Origin: Podarcis vaucheri
Lineage: Eukaryota
Length of the DNA stretch: 64,000 nt
Strand: one strand, 5' to 3'
Assembly: GCA_965113315.1 (NCBI GenBank)
Contig: OZ220368.1
Under the pieces are notes generated by a model that saw nothing but the letters and a program-made list of their open reading frames with translations, had not been told where the DNA came from and ran no database searches. Each line of letters starts with the position of its first letter. The stretch's first letter is position 1. Shown here one piece after another: positions 24,632 through 37,199 of this stretch. The position numbers were made by a program, and so were the translations under genes.

Positions 24632-26732
24632 GTCTATAGTCTTTGATAATGAAGACCAGAGGCTTGCTTCTGCTGTGAAGTGAGTAATTCAGGGTACTTT
24701 AAAACATCACAGACTTGGCACAAGACTGTGTGTATTAAAAATATATATAAAAATACAGAAATGCTAATCATATTTTGCAATAAAGAAAACTGTACAAAGG
24801 AATTGAGTGGCAGAATTTTAGCTATGGACAAATAACAACCTTTTTATCCAAAATAAGTGTTAGTTGCCAATCTCTTAAAGATGTTTCTCAATTTAATTCT
24901 TTCTGCAATTTCCAGATTTTCACAACACAGTCGTAGCATTTAAGAGACTGTAGATTTTTTTCCAATTTGCTGTTAATAGAAGTGAGCTACCTTTACCATA
25001 AACAACTGGATATTGGTGCAAATTTTGTGTTGTTTAAAATTTCTTCCTGATAGGCATATTGCCAACCCTTGATTAGCTTTCAGTGGTAAGACTAGAAAAG
25101 TATAGCATCACTAGCTAGACAGACCAAGAAGCAGAGAGGTGGAGATGTAGGATAACATCCTTTCAGATAGGAGGATATCTGCTCAAACAATCTAAGTGTT
25201 TACCAAAGCAGTAACTGACTTTTGCCAGCTTTGTGCCCCAAGGAAATTATGGAGCAATCCATCATCTCTCAGTCATTTCAAACTTCCAGTAGACAGGTAT
25301 GCCTCTTGTGTAAAGTAAAATCCAGTTAAATTCTTGGCCAGTAGCCATGTTGTTCAGGAACTTTTCCACCCTTCCAGCTCTTTTTGACCTCAAATTGTTG
25401 GCCTTCACAATTTCTCTTGCAATATTATTTCCCAAGTTAACAATTCAATGAGAGACTTATCAAAACGGATGCCTGTTAATGTGGCTGGATGTTTGTTCCA
25501 ACAACTTATATGTGATTACAAAAATCATTGTATCTGCGCAGACAAAATAGCATCAGTTGCTACCTGCTATGCCAACTGTTCCCTGAGCTCCACAAATGAT
25601 AGCAAGTTTTTAGTTATGAAACACCTTCTGCTTCTATGAGGTTGGTTGCAGAACAACTCTTATTGCCTGGAAAACTGAATAATATATAGAACCAGTAATG
25701 ATTGTATAATGAAGTGTTATAACTGCTGTATCTTTCTATAGTAGCATTACTACTGGCAGAATCAATTATACAACCAAATCAAATACTTCTGGTGACAATT
25801 AGTTACAAATGGTGGCATTTTACAACGTACGAGACTGGGCCCAAACCCATTAAGATAAATAAATATGCAAAACATTCCAATTCTCCAGATTGTGCCAAGT
25901 TTCTCATTAGTTTTGAAGATTCTAGGATTACCTCATAAAATCACTGCCATTCCTGGTGGCAGCTATAGGTGATCAGTAATTCCTACAGGAAAAAATTCTA
26001 TCAGAAAGTCACATTTGATTGGAGGGGGCAGGGTTGGAACTCCCATATTCATTCCTCCAGAATGCTTTCAGGTTTTCTCTACAATCACTACCACAATGTT
26101 TTTAGAACTGAAATTCTCCAACATCATATTGTATGAAGCATCCAAATTATGTTCTCAAAAATAAAAATACTGGTTTTTTTAAAAAAAAGAAACAGAAAAC
26201 ACCACACTTTATAAAAAAATGGTGGTAAAATCCTATATACCTTAATCTAGGACTGCCCTGTAAAATGCCTTAAACAAAATCCCAACTTTGGACAGGACTG
26301 CATAGTGTAATTTGATGGTGATTCCTCTAAATTCAATGTTTCAGCAAGCAACCAAGTTATCCTGGCTGAGGTCTTCACCCTCCAGCTAAGAATCAGTTGT
26401 GTCCAACCTAGTTTTAAATGCAGGAAGCAGAAGGAGGTTATTATAGGGCTAACAGATCTGACTGTCAAGCTGCTCTTTCAGAATACTTACTGAACTTTAT
26501 CCCCTTTCCTATGCTCATTTCATGACTCCCAGCCATATCCCCTTGTTCTCATAATTTCTCTTCTACTTCCTGTGCAGATAATTCAGGTGCTGGACCTGCA
26601 GCAGACCTTTTATCTCACAAGAACAGAAGAAGCCTCTGGATATCACAGGAGACTCGGCAAGATTATGCTGCTACCAAAGTTGGAGGTACTTTGGAATTTA
26701 GGGCTCATTCACAATTCTGCTTGTCCCATGCC

Positions 26733-26925
26733 CAGAGCCATAGCTACGGGGGGGGGGGCAGGTTAGCCAGGCTTTTCTTTGCCCCGGATGAAACCTCCAG
26801 AGGAGTGCTATTGAGGCTCCCAACCTCTCCCTCTGTGTGTGTGTGCGCGCAAGCGCAAATGTGCATTGGAGGTGTGCCAAACTGGGTCTTTGACCCAGGT
26901 GAAATAAAGCCTAGTTTCACCCCTG
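26733..26925. mobile_element. MITE with a 7-bp TSD, same family as 36338-36488
   Basis: Ends CAGAGCCATAGCTA / TAGTTTCACCCCTG. CCATGCC at 26726-26732 and 26926-26932. Confidence 0.7.
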
Positions 26926-28459
26926 CCATGCCCAGAAAACAAAGGTCCAAGCAGTTGCCCCACCACTTTTCCTGGGAAAACCTGCTCTTTAAACATCAAA
27001 CCCAACTGATGTTTGCTCTGATTCAGTGGTAAAGATCGGGTTTTCCCTGGGAGAAGAAAGCAGGGCAAGCAGAAGTCTGGATGAGCCTTCAGAGGACTCC
27101 CAGATTATTTCTCCATCTATTATTGGACCATATCTGCCTCATCAGTCAACTACATTTATTTTGTCACCTTGAACTGACATGTATCTCTGGTTGTGTGTGA
27201 TGGATAATATGATCCCATGGCATATAAAAACAGTTCAGGTTGCAGCTGACTTTCCAAACCACATTTGAAGCTTTTGACTTGATGGGACATTATCATAGAT
27301 CTGGAGCCTTTGTGTAGCAATTAGTTCACTTTTTACTTTCATCAACCTGAATGGCAATCTGGATTAAGAAGGAGGTTAGTGATTTCTAGATTTACTGACA
27401 GCACAGAAAACACATTTTGAAAAACTTGTGGCTACCCTGCAACAGGTTATTTATTCATGGCCTCAGATTATTGAAAGCTTGAAAAATCAACCAGGGGTGG
27501 TTAATAAATAGGAGAGTTCTGAGCTTGAGTTACTGGATACTAATTCATGGCTGGCCAAACCCTCTTGGCTCTGCTTCTGAGAGACTCTACCCCTTGTTTC
27601 AATTGCTTATGCCATAATGGGCTGAAGAGGAGCCAAGAGTGAGTAATTTCTTATAGGATCACACCAGTACAGGAGAATAACTTTCCCCAAAGAATCCTGG
27701 GAGCTGGAGTTTGTGAAAAGTGTTGGCCTTACAGAGCTACAATTCCGAGCAGCTCTAACAAACAGCAGTCCTTGGGAATCTCCATGACTGTTAAAGTGTG
27801 GCTGTGACCTAATGTGTGCCATAAGCTGTTGTAATAGGACAGGTGCTTGCATAGGTACAATACTTTGAGAATTATTTTCTAGCAGAGAAGATATTTGAGC
27901 CACTGGAAAGCAAAGTCCGGTTGTAATAAATTGTAGTCTGGCATTATAATGTTAACAGAATGACAATCAATCCAGAAGCAATAATTGAAAACCCCATATA
28001 GCTCTTCATTCATTTAATACCAAACTCGCTGAAGATGCCTCTCTGGTGTCTTCAGATCTATCTTTTATGAAGAATCTTGTCTAACCATTCAAGGTGGTTG
28101 GCACAGACATGCAGATGTGTATAAAAATAAATGTCATAACACAACCAGTTGCTCTGCATGAAACAGTCTTTGGAAATAAACACATCAAAGAGCAGGAAGG
28201 AACAGTTTATCCCAGGAAGCCTTTGATGTGAGAACAGAAATAAGAGTAGAACATAAGACAGACCTTGTTGTATTGATACATCTGAGAACAGACCATAGCA
28301 GAAGAAAAAACACTTATGGGGGAAAATATTTTGAGAAGACACTTCCCAGGAAGAAACAGTTTAGTTAAGGTGATCCTGAGGAAACTAATTGGCATATTTT
28401 CTGATATCATAGGCATAGCTGCAAAAGGCAGGGGTTAGATACCTGTTGCCCTTATCACC

Positions 28460-28737
28460 GCTCACTGGAAGGACAGATCATGAAGCTGAGGCTCCAATAC
28501 TTTGGCCACCTCATGAGAAGAGAAGACTCCCTGGAAAAGACCCTGATGTTGGGAAAGATTGAGGGCACAAGGAGAAGGGGACGACAGAGTACGAGATGGT
28601 TGGACAGTGTTCTTGAAGCTACAAACATGAGTCTGACCAAACTGCGGGAGACAGTGGAAGACAGGAGTGCCTGGCGTGCTCTGGTCCATGGGGTCACGAA
28701 GAGTCGGACACGACTAAACGACTAAACAACAACAACA
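28460..28737 (+). mobile_element. BovB (RTE) LINE 3' fragment
   Basis: ORF KLRLQYFGHLMRREDSLEKTLMLGKIEG...VTKSRTRLND and (CAA)n tail. 11-bp TSD CCCTTATCACC at 28449-28459 and 28738-28748. Confidence 0.92.
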
Positions 28738-28814
28738 CCCTTATCACCATCTATAGTTTTGTTTTGATTAAGAGAAATAAAGATTTCATTACATAACATA
28801 AATCACACTAAAGC

Positions 28815-29095
28815 CAGAGCTGGGCCACCCAAGACATTTTGCTATCCAAGGCAAGTGACAAAATGGCACCATGTGCAAAAGCTGCTGGGGCTAGTGGGTG
28901 AACCTTCCTTCAACACTGGCAACAGGACAATCTCCTCCAATGTTCATGAGGGCAACAGGACAGCTTAGAAGGTTCAGGAAATGCCATGTGGCATAAACTG
29001 TCCTGTCCACCAATACCTTGCTCCCATTCCCTATCCCTCAGCATCTACCACCTGAAGTCATCATGCCACTCTGACTAATGGTAGGGCCAGCCCTG
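28815..29095. mobile_element. Old hAT-like MITE (GGGCCAGCCCTG-ended family; another copy at ~17832-18116)
   Basis: Degenerate TIRs. Flanks ACTAAAGC / ACTAAAAG. Confidence 0.45.
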
Positions 29096-29994
29096 ACTAA
29101 AAGGCCTGTGCACACATTACAATTATGTACACTGAGCATACAGGAAGAAGAATGGGGGCCCTTGCACATTCAGCATAGCTTGTGTGTGTGTGTGTGTGTG
29201 TGTGTGTAACAAACTTTGTTTGCATAAATTCTGTATGTGAGGTTGTGGACTCCACTTTTTGTGTATGAACATTATGTCTCTTGGTGGTTATGGTGAATAC
29301 ATATTGGGGGCTAGGCCAGTGGGCCGAGCAGGTAGACACTATCAGTATACACAGTTATAATACATATATTATATCAGTATACACAGTTATAATATGTCAT
29401 AGAATCACAGAACTGTAGAGTTGGAAGGGACCCCAAAGTTAAATCTACTCCAACCTCCTGCAATGCATTAATCACATCTAAATGCGTGCAGCTCTTATGC
29501 AAATGCAGCTACAGACGTGAATAATACTTGCATCAACAATCCCCTTTTCTCACATCAGGATCTGAGTTACTCCAGTTCATAAGACATTATGATGTATCAC
29601 AGCTCACATCCCTGAATGGACTCAGCACTCCTCTTGTTTCTGTAATATAACTGTGCTGCTATAGGATGAGATAAGAAGAACAAAGAGAGAATATATTTAT
29701 TTCTTTTTCTTTCTTTTTTCTTCAAAAAGCCTTTTATAACATGAATGAATTCAGCGGAAAACCTTTTCACCAGGCTCAGGCGGAAGTTCTATGTAAGATT
29801 ATGTAGGACGGAAAGGTGTCACCTTTTATTGAGCCAGCCTCAGCTGAAGAGAATCTTTCAAGCAGCATATAACTCTACTTTGGACAGGAGTGAATACTTA
29901 GGCATTAGCCTTAAGCTTGTACTCTATGACTGCTCCCACTAAAAGAAACTCCAACCAATAAAATCCATCACCTTTCTCATTCACAAAATCCAAC

Positions 29995-30380
29995 ATAGAA
30001 TCATAGAATCATAGAGTTGGAATAGACCACAAGGGCCATTGAGTCCAACCCCCTGCCAAGCAAGAAACACCATCAGAGCACTCCTGACATATGGTTGTCA
30101 AGCCTCTGCTTAAAGACCTCCAAAGAAGGAGACTCCACCACACGCCTTGGCAGCAAATTCCACTGTCGAACAGCTCTTACTGTCAGGAAGTTCTTCCTAA
30201 TGTTTAGGTGGAATCTTCTTTCTTGTAGTTTGGATCCATTGCTCCGTGTCCGCTTCTCTGGAGCAGCAGAAAACAACCTTTCTCCCTCCTCTATATGACA
30301 TCCTTTTATATATTTGAACATGGCTATCATATCACCCCTTAACCTCCTCTTCTCCAGGCTAAACATGCCCAGCTCCCTTA
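29995..30380 (-). mobile_element. Young CR1 LINE 3' fragment (ORF2 C-terminus)
   Basis: Open frame ELGMFSLEKRRLRGDMIAMFKYIKG...VRQWNLLPRRVVESPSLEVFKQRLD and (ATTCTATG)n tail. Confidence 0.92.
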
Positions 30381-33300
30381 TGGTAACACCAAAACAAACA
30401 AACAACAAATCCAACCAAGTAACCTAAAACATATGTGAAGAAATTAATGAAGCTAAGAATGAACCTTTGCTCTGGGTGTTTGGAGGTCTGTAGACTAGCA
30501 CACGGAGATGAATAGAATACTTGGTACTTGGTTTTGGAGGAGGCAGATTTTAAAATCTGTTTTGCAACAAACTTCAAGGCTGGATTCCAAAATTTCTTGA
30601 ATTCTAGAACAGCCTCACAGCCTTTCTATCATATGTGCAAAACCTGCTAGGTTGGACTGCACTGATTTCAAAGAATATATGCAGATTCATAACCCAGGCT
30701 GCAGTGGCCTCATGCACTAATCCCCCTAGCATGTAATAAATGCCATGTGATAATGACATTGTTGATGTGTACATTGCAGTGAGGCCTTTGAGTATGTGCA
30801 GGCATAGAAGAAAGTTCAAGAACCGACTAGGATATCCCCTGCATCTAGGTTCTAGTAAGTCGGTGCCACATTCGCTGCCAAAATGTACACACACAGATGC
30901 CATTCTCATGTTTCATTGAACTCATGGTAACAATTCTGATCTGCCACATAGGGTTGTTGCAAAAATTGCTGGAGGAAATGTATGTGAGGTGCCTGGACAC
31001 TCAGAGGTGTGTTATACAAATACTAGATATTAGAAGCTGGTGGAACAGCTTTAGTAAATTACATTGCCCAGAGCCAGCCAGTCTTTCAGAATTTCAAAAC
31101 TGGTCCAACAGAAGATGTCACGACAGCTTCATTGCTTCCTTGAGTCCTTGGGCCCAACAACACAACAATTCAGTTTTGTTTTTGCTTGAAGCTAAATACA
31201 GTGAAACTCAATAACTCGCACAATGGCAACAACAGTGGTTCATGTTGTCTCTAATATTCTCTTGGAACATTGCACTACCAAAATGTAATGAAATATTTCA
31301 ATTTTCTTCCCAGGTTGCTTTAAATCCAGCATATATGTTATTGCCAAAATTTGGAGAAACTTAACATTTCCCATTCTCTCTCTCTATTAACAATCGCGCA
31401 CACATGCCAACATTTACCAGAATTTGGACGGGTGTAGCATGCATAATATATGTAGGCAACACATATAAAGGTAGAGAGATCTGAGAAACCCAGCTGCCCT
31501 GCCACTATCTGGCTTCTCCCGCTCCATAAATTTTGTCAGCACAGAAACTTCATGTGGAGTCATTTTGTATCAATGCAAAGGAACGACAGTTTTTCACTTG
31601 CTTTTAACACTGATGCTGAACTAGTGTAAGTGTCACTATTTAAGATGTAAGGCTATGGAGTAGCACGGAACTAGGTCAGCTAAAAGAGGGTGGTTTTCCC
31701 CAAGGTGAACAGCGACACCAGGTCAAGGAACACTGCAGTATATTATCATGAGGCTGGAGAACAGAGGCAAGAGGTTCATTTGGTGGTGAGAAGACCTCTT
31801 GACCCACAAACAGGGGAGATGTGCAGAGAGAACTCCTGGCAGGAGCTCTATGGGAAAAGGCTGTTTTCCAATCACTGGGCCATTTTGCCAGTAGAAACTC
31901 CTGAGGCCACAGCTAGGTGTGTCCTCTGCACTGGGTTCCCAGTATTTATATTCAGGGGGGGAAGTCACTCTGGAGTTTCCTCCTACAGGTGATGGTTAGA
32001 ATGGAATTTGTTCCACTTGATGAAGGAAGGACAAACTGCAGCATTAGCCCTGCTTATTTAGCAAAGCGCTTCTACGTGCCTGCCTTCTTGCCGGATGCTC
32101 AGCGGAGCACAGAAGTCCCTTGATCTCAAGGGCAAACAGCAGCTCGACTGTTGCTTAAATAAGGGAAATAGGATCATCACAGAAAATTCAGCATACCTCC
32201 AGGTCTGTTCCTCACTTTCCTGCTAGTAGTTGCCCTCCAGGCTCATCTGCCTTACTTTGAGTCCCTAAGATATCTACTTGCCCACCTCCTGGGACCAAGA
32301 CCCTTCTTTTTCAAGATATCCAGATATTCTGACGGCAAGCCACAGGTACCTCCTAGTCCTAGAAGAGTGGAGGGCAACCTTTTGGAGCTGAATCTCCCTC
32401 TGGCTGGCAATAAGCAGTGGCCATCTGATTATGGTCTCCTTCCAAGAGCACATCCCGAGACTCTGAGAGCCTAGTGAGGAGAGGGCTGAGCATGCAGAGC
32501 ACCCAGCTGACCATACAGATCAAGACCCAAGAGCAACTTTGGGCATTTAACAGAAGCGGAGGAGGAAAGGAAGTGTGACTGACTTGCGCTCCTGCTTTAT
32601 GCACTTCTCTCCCCCTCCCCCACCCCAAGGTGAGATGTGTGGTCATACATCTCACCCTAGTGGAGCTATGTAAGTTCCACCTGCCAGTGTTACACAGGAA
32701 ACACAAAATGAAGGGCAAGTCATCTGGGTGTCCTTTCTGTGTGCAAATCCCCCTCCCCAGCGCGCGCACACATTGGAGATGCTAATAAGGAAAGCTAACA
32801 CAGGTCTGGGTCAAATTCCTCCACTTTTTCAGCAACAGCTTGTAAAGGATCGGCTACTGCTGAGGAGAAACACACACCCTTTCGACAGCAGAGCATCATT
32901 GTGCCAGGAGCATTGCACTGGAGGCAAGGGGGAGGACCCTTCAACACAAGCCTTTTGACACTGAGATTTTGTAGAGTGAGTTAGCTTTGCGTACACCTTT
33001 AGAACACATTCTTCCCCTCAGATAATTACCCCTCGCAGAGTTGCGATCCCCAGCAACCCTTAACAAACTACAGAGCCCAGGAGTCTTTGAGGGGATGTGC
33101 GCTGAATGCACTTTAAAAGTATAGTGTGCACACAGCCTTAGGCAAAGGATGAGAGAATGAAAGATACAGGTCCATGCATCTGGAAAGAAAGGAAGGAAGG
33201 AAGAAAGGGGGCAAGTGATCTGATTGCTGTGAGGGGAACTGTGAACACACAGACTTCCTGATGCTCACTGTAAAAAAGATCCCTCCTTTTCCAATGTCCC

Positions 33301-33449
33301 CCGCCTTCCCCTTAGAGAGAGCTTCTACTCCATTACTAGGGAAGGTTTGCTTCACAGCCATGATCTAATCTAACTAAACTGCATGATCTAACACAGAAGT
33401 GAAAGAAATACAAATCATTTACAGATCTATTTCATGTGACGAAAGCTCC

Positions 33450-35650
33450 CGTTGGAAAAACTCCCTTTGCCTCGCTACAGGGATACATTCCTTTCCCAAG
33501 ATGGGTTGCAGATCAGAAGCAGGATTGCAGGGGGAAAGGGGAGCGGGGCGGAGGGGCTGAACAGAGTCTCTTCACGTGTGGGTAGAATATGCCATAACTA
33601 CAACAGGAAAACGGTTCGGCAGGGCTGTATTTCTCCTTAGGCACACGCAAGGAAGGGAAGGAAGGAGCAGACAGCAAGCACAGCTCCCTCCAACGCCTGC
33701 ACTTGTTCCGCCAGCAACTCTTCGGCAGAGCTGACCCCCACCGCCTTCCTCGCTCGCTTCCTCGCAGGCTAGCCTGGCTCTCTCTCTGGGATGACGACAG
33801 ACAGCCATCGCCGGGTTATTGCAGAAGGCTTTAGGGGGCTGTTGGCAATGGTGAGTGAAGGTGGTTCTTTGGCTTGTCTGCAGAAGCCAATGTGGCTTCC
33901 TAATGCACCAAGTTCCTATTCCACCACCACCCATCTCTCTCTCATAAACACATACACGCACACTTCACTCTCTCGATCAGCTCTTCCTGGGTATTATGAT
34001 GCTTCTAACCAGAGCCCTTTTCGTTTATGGCACCATCGCAGGATGGAGACTGCTAGGCTAGACGGCCAGAGCCCAGGCAACCTCTTGAGATCCTAAGGTT
34101 CGTCGGGGTGAAATGCGCGGGGCCAAGCGAGCCCCAGCCTCTCCGCCAGGGGAGTGGAGGCTGAATCCTGTGACTACATGTAGACGACCGGTGTCAACCT
34201 CCTCCCCCCCACCCCACACGGGGATCACCCCCTCCACGGGAGCCACTCCGAAGTGAACACCCAAGTCAACCTCTCCCCAGTCGGACGAGGGGTTTCTGCG
34301 CTGTCTGATAGCATTCGCCAAGACCAGAGTTTGGCCTCCTCACCATCCCCTTGGATAAGTGTGTGTGTGTGCATGTGTGAGAGAGAAAGATAGACTCGGA
34401 CACACCTGGATCAGAACGCCCGCTCTGTACAGCTGCCTCGGATTCCAGAGGATCGACTCCGGATCTACGCCGCCACTGGGCGCGAAATCCGGATCGAAAG
34501 TTCGCAGTCGGTTAGCGCCCTCCTCTTTCCCACCTAGTTCGTCTTCCTCCAGCCTTGACTTTCTTATCCGCTCCCCGCTCCCAAAGCCAGACCATCCAAG
34601 ACGCTAGAGCGACACGGCAGCGGCTTCATCCCCGCGCGAACCCCCTTCCTCGCTTCTGCCTCTCCCGGAACAGGAGAGCGCGCGCGGGCGAAACCCACCC
34701 AGAGAGGGTGTCCGTCAAATCAAACCTTCCTCCCCGTCGGCATCCCCCCCACCTGCCACCCCCCTCCGATGCCCCCGCCACGGGTAAAGGACAAGGAGCT
34801 CAACTTACCCTTGGATTCTCCTCTCTTCTCTCCTCTTAGCTGCTGCTCCCTGCCATCGAGGCACGCACATCTGGCTCAGACGGATCCCTGGAGTTGGCAG
34901 ACACAAGGAGGCTGGCGGCGGCAAGTGGGGGGCGGTGCGGTTCCGGGGCCCAGACGAAGCTCGGGAGCTTGCCCAGACTCCCCCACCCGGACGGAGAGGA
35001 TGGCAGGAGAGGGCTCTGCCTCCGAGGCTCTCTCCTTCCTCGTTCCCTGCGCGCGCTCTCGCGCTCTCCTTTCCAGCTAGTTGTTGGGGAAGCGGCGGGG
35101 AGAAAGATCCTCTTTCCTTTCCCCCTCTTACATCTTATTTGCGATCTCTCTCTCTCCTTTCCTCTCCGCCGCCGCCGCCACCACCACCGTGTACACCTCC
35201 CTCCTCCTCCGCCTCCTCTCCCTCTAGACTCCCTCCCTCCCTCCTTCCCTCTAGCTGGAGTCTTGTCACTGCAATGTGCCACCCACCTGAATCAGCTCCT
35301 GCCTGCTTTGCCACTTAACTCCTGAGGCACCAGCCGGCTCGCTGTGGTAAACAACCCGGGAGAGGGACCCTGCCTGCGTGGCAAGAGGCAGCGGTGATGG
35401 TGGGGACGCCCTGGCAGAGCAGGCTGCTGGCAGCCAGAGCCCAGGCTTCAGGAGAGCAGCTGTCTCCAGGCAAAGGCTGCCATCTCTGGGCGTTCGGGTG
35501 GAAGTTGCCAGGGATCGTGCCCAGGGAGGGAGCCCACAAGTACCCCAGCGGGGAGGAGATCAAGGCAGGAGAGCCAGAACTTGCTTTTATTTATTACTTT
35601 TGTATGCCGCCTTTTACCGACAAAGGAGCCCAGGGCGGCAGATGTGGGAA
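33450..35650. promoter_or_regulatory. CpG island and probable promoter of an unidentified minus-strand gene
   Basis: Abrupt GC and CpG enrichment free of recognisable TEs, with GA/CT-rich and (CCG)n tracts at 35150-35250. Confidence 0.75.
34809..35250 (-). other. Probable first exon (5' boundary approximate)
   Basis: Consensus donor AAGG|GTAAGT (exon ends at 34809) inside the CpG island. Optional ATG at 34870 gives MCVPRWQGAAAKRREERRIQ plus GG. Confidence 0.55.
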
Positions 35651-36039
35651 TGTTAACACAGTGCAAAGTAAAATAAAACGAACATATTTAAAATGTTTAG
35701 AACATTGAAAAACATCAAAAAGCAATCGCATACCCTCACAGTTGGTAAATTCAAGGTTACCATGCCCAGTCTTGTCTATAACCCATCAAATCCCTGAGTA
35801 AACAGGAATGTCTTTCTGCTGAAAGTCAATAATGAGGGAGGACAGAAGCACCTCACCAGGGAGGGCATTTTGCAAATGGGGAGCAACCACCAAGGAGCCA
35901 CTGTTGTTACAATTCCTATGCCTAATATTATTAATAAAATTTCTATTCTGACAAGCAACAAAGCCGTAAAACAATATAAATCAAAACATTAAGACTTTCT
36001 TAAAAAGAAAATTAAACACAGTCGCAAGATCCTCACAGC

Positions 36040-36177
36040 CAGTGCTTTTTTCTGGGGACCCTCAAGGGTATGCAGTACCGGCACCTCCCCCCCCCCATGT
36101 TAAGAATGTGGCACTTACTGTAACAACTTCATGGTGAGTACGGACGTCTTTCCCCCCTAAAAAATAAAAAAGCACTG
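36040..36177. mobile_element. hAT MITE
   Basis: TIR CAGTGCTTTTTT / AAAAAAGCACTG. 8-bp TSD CTCACAGC / CTCACAAC. Confidence 0.75.
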
Positions 36178-36337
36178 CTCACAACCAACCATGTCAAGTT
36201 TTCCAGGAACAGTCTATTTCAACTACCAAATGCTGGATGAACAAGAATGTTTTAAAAATTCCTCCCGAGTAGCAATAATAAGGAGGTGACAATGGCAAAA
36301 AGGGGTGGGGGGAAATCTGTTCGAAAAGTGCTGAAGA

Positions 36338-36488
36338 CAGAGCCGTACCTGGGGGTGGAGCCAGGTTTTTTGCCCCAGGTGAAGCCTCCAGAGGGGTGCC
36401 ATTGAGGCAAATGCACATGGGTGTGGGGGTGGGGGTGTGCCAAACTTTGTCTTTGACCTGGGTGAAATAAAGCCTAGTTCCGCCCCTG
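36338..36488. mobile_element. MITE with a 7-bp TSD
   Basis: Ends CAGAGCCGTACCT / TAGTTCCGCCCCTG. CTGAAGA at 36331-36337 and 36489-36495. Confidence 0.7.
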
Positions 36489-36536
36489 CTGAAGAGAACG
36501 GTTTCAAAAATGCTCCATCCAGGCAAGCAGAAGAAT

Positions 36537-37135
36537 GCAAGAAAAGCCTGTTGGATCAGGCCATGGACACATCTAGTCCAGCATCCTGTTCTCACAGTGG
36601 CCAACCGCATGCCTGGAGAAAACCCACAAGAAGGATTGAGGCACAAGGTCCCTCTCCTCTCCTGTGGTTTCCAGCAGCTGGTACAGTGGTACCTTGGGTT
36701 AAGACCTTAATTTTTTCTGGAGGTCCATTCTTAACCTGAAATTGTTCTTAACCTGAGACACCACTTTAGCTAATGGGGCCTCCCACTGCAGCTGCACGAT
36801 TTCTGTTCTCATCCTGAAGCAAAGTTCTTAACCCAAGGTACTATTTCTGGGTTAGCGGAGTCTGTAACCTGAAGCGTCTGTAACCTGAAATGTATGTAAC
36901 CTGAAGCCTATGTAACCTGAAGCGTCTGTAACCTGAAACGTATGTAACCTGAAGCGTCTGTAACCTGAGGTAACACTGCTGCCTCCATCTGTACAGGCAT
37001 ATTACAGCCATCTTGGCTAGTAGTCTTTGATGGTTCTCTCCTCTACAAATTTGTCTAATCCTCTTTTAAAGCCATGTGTGTTGGTGCCTCTATGTGGGAG
37101 CAAGTTCCATAATTTAACTATATGCTGTGTGAAGA
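36537..37135 (-). mobile_element. CR1 3' fragment interrupted by a Tigger-like MITE
   Basis: Same motifs as 10701-11017 on both sides of 36684-36978. Confidence 0.7.
36684..36978. mobile_element. Tc1/mariner (Tigger-like) MITE with seven 16-bp subterminal repeats
   Basis: TA|CAGTGGTACCT ... AGGTAACACTG. Homologous to 41606-41831. Confidence 0.8.
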
Positions 37136-37199
37136 GGTTGTTTCTAAAGCAAGAAGCATTATCAGAGTTCAAGGACACAATCCAAACAGGGGAAAATTA

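Noticed and set aside
28030-28056. CTGAAGA-containing hairpin as a further hammerhead
   Set aside because: No GAAA or cleavage triplet follows
34555-35325. ORFs of 94-148 aa in the CpG island
   Set aside because: Low-complexity frames on both strands, expected in GC-rich DNA
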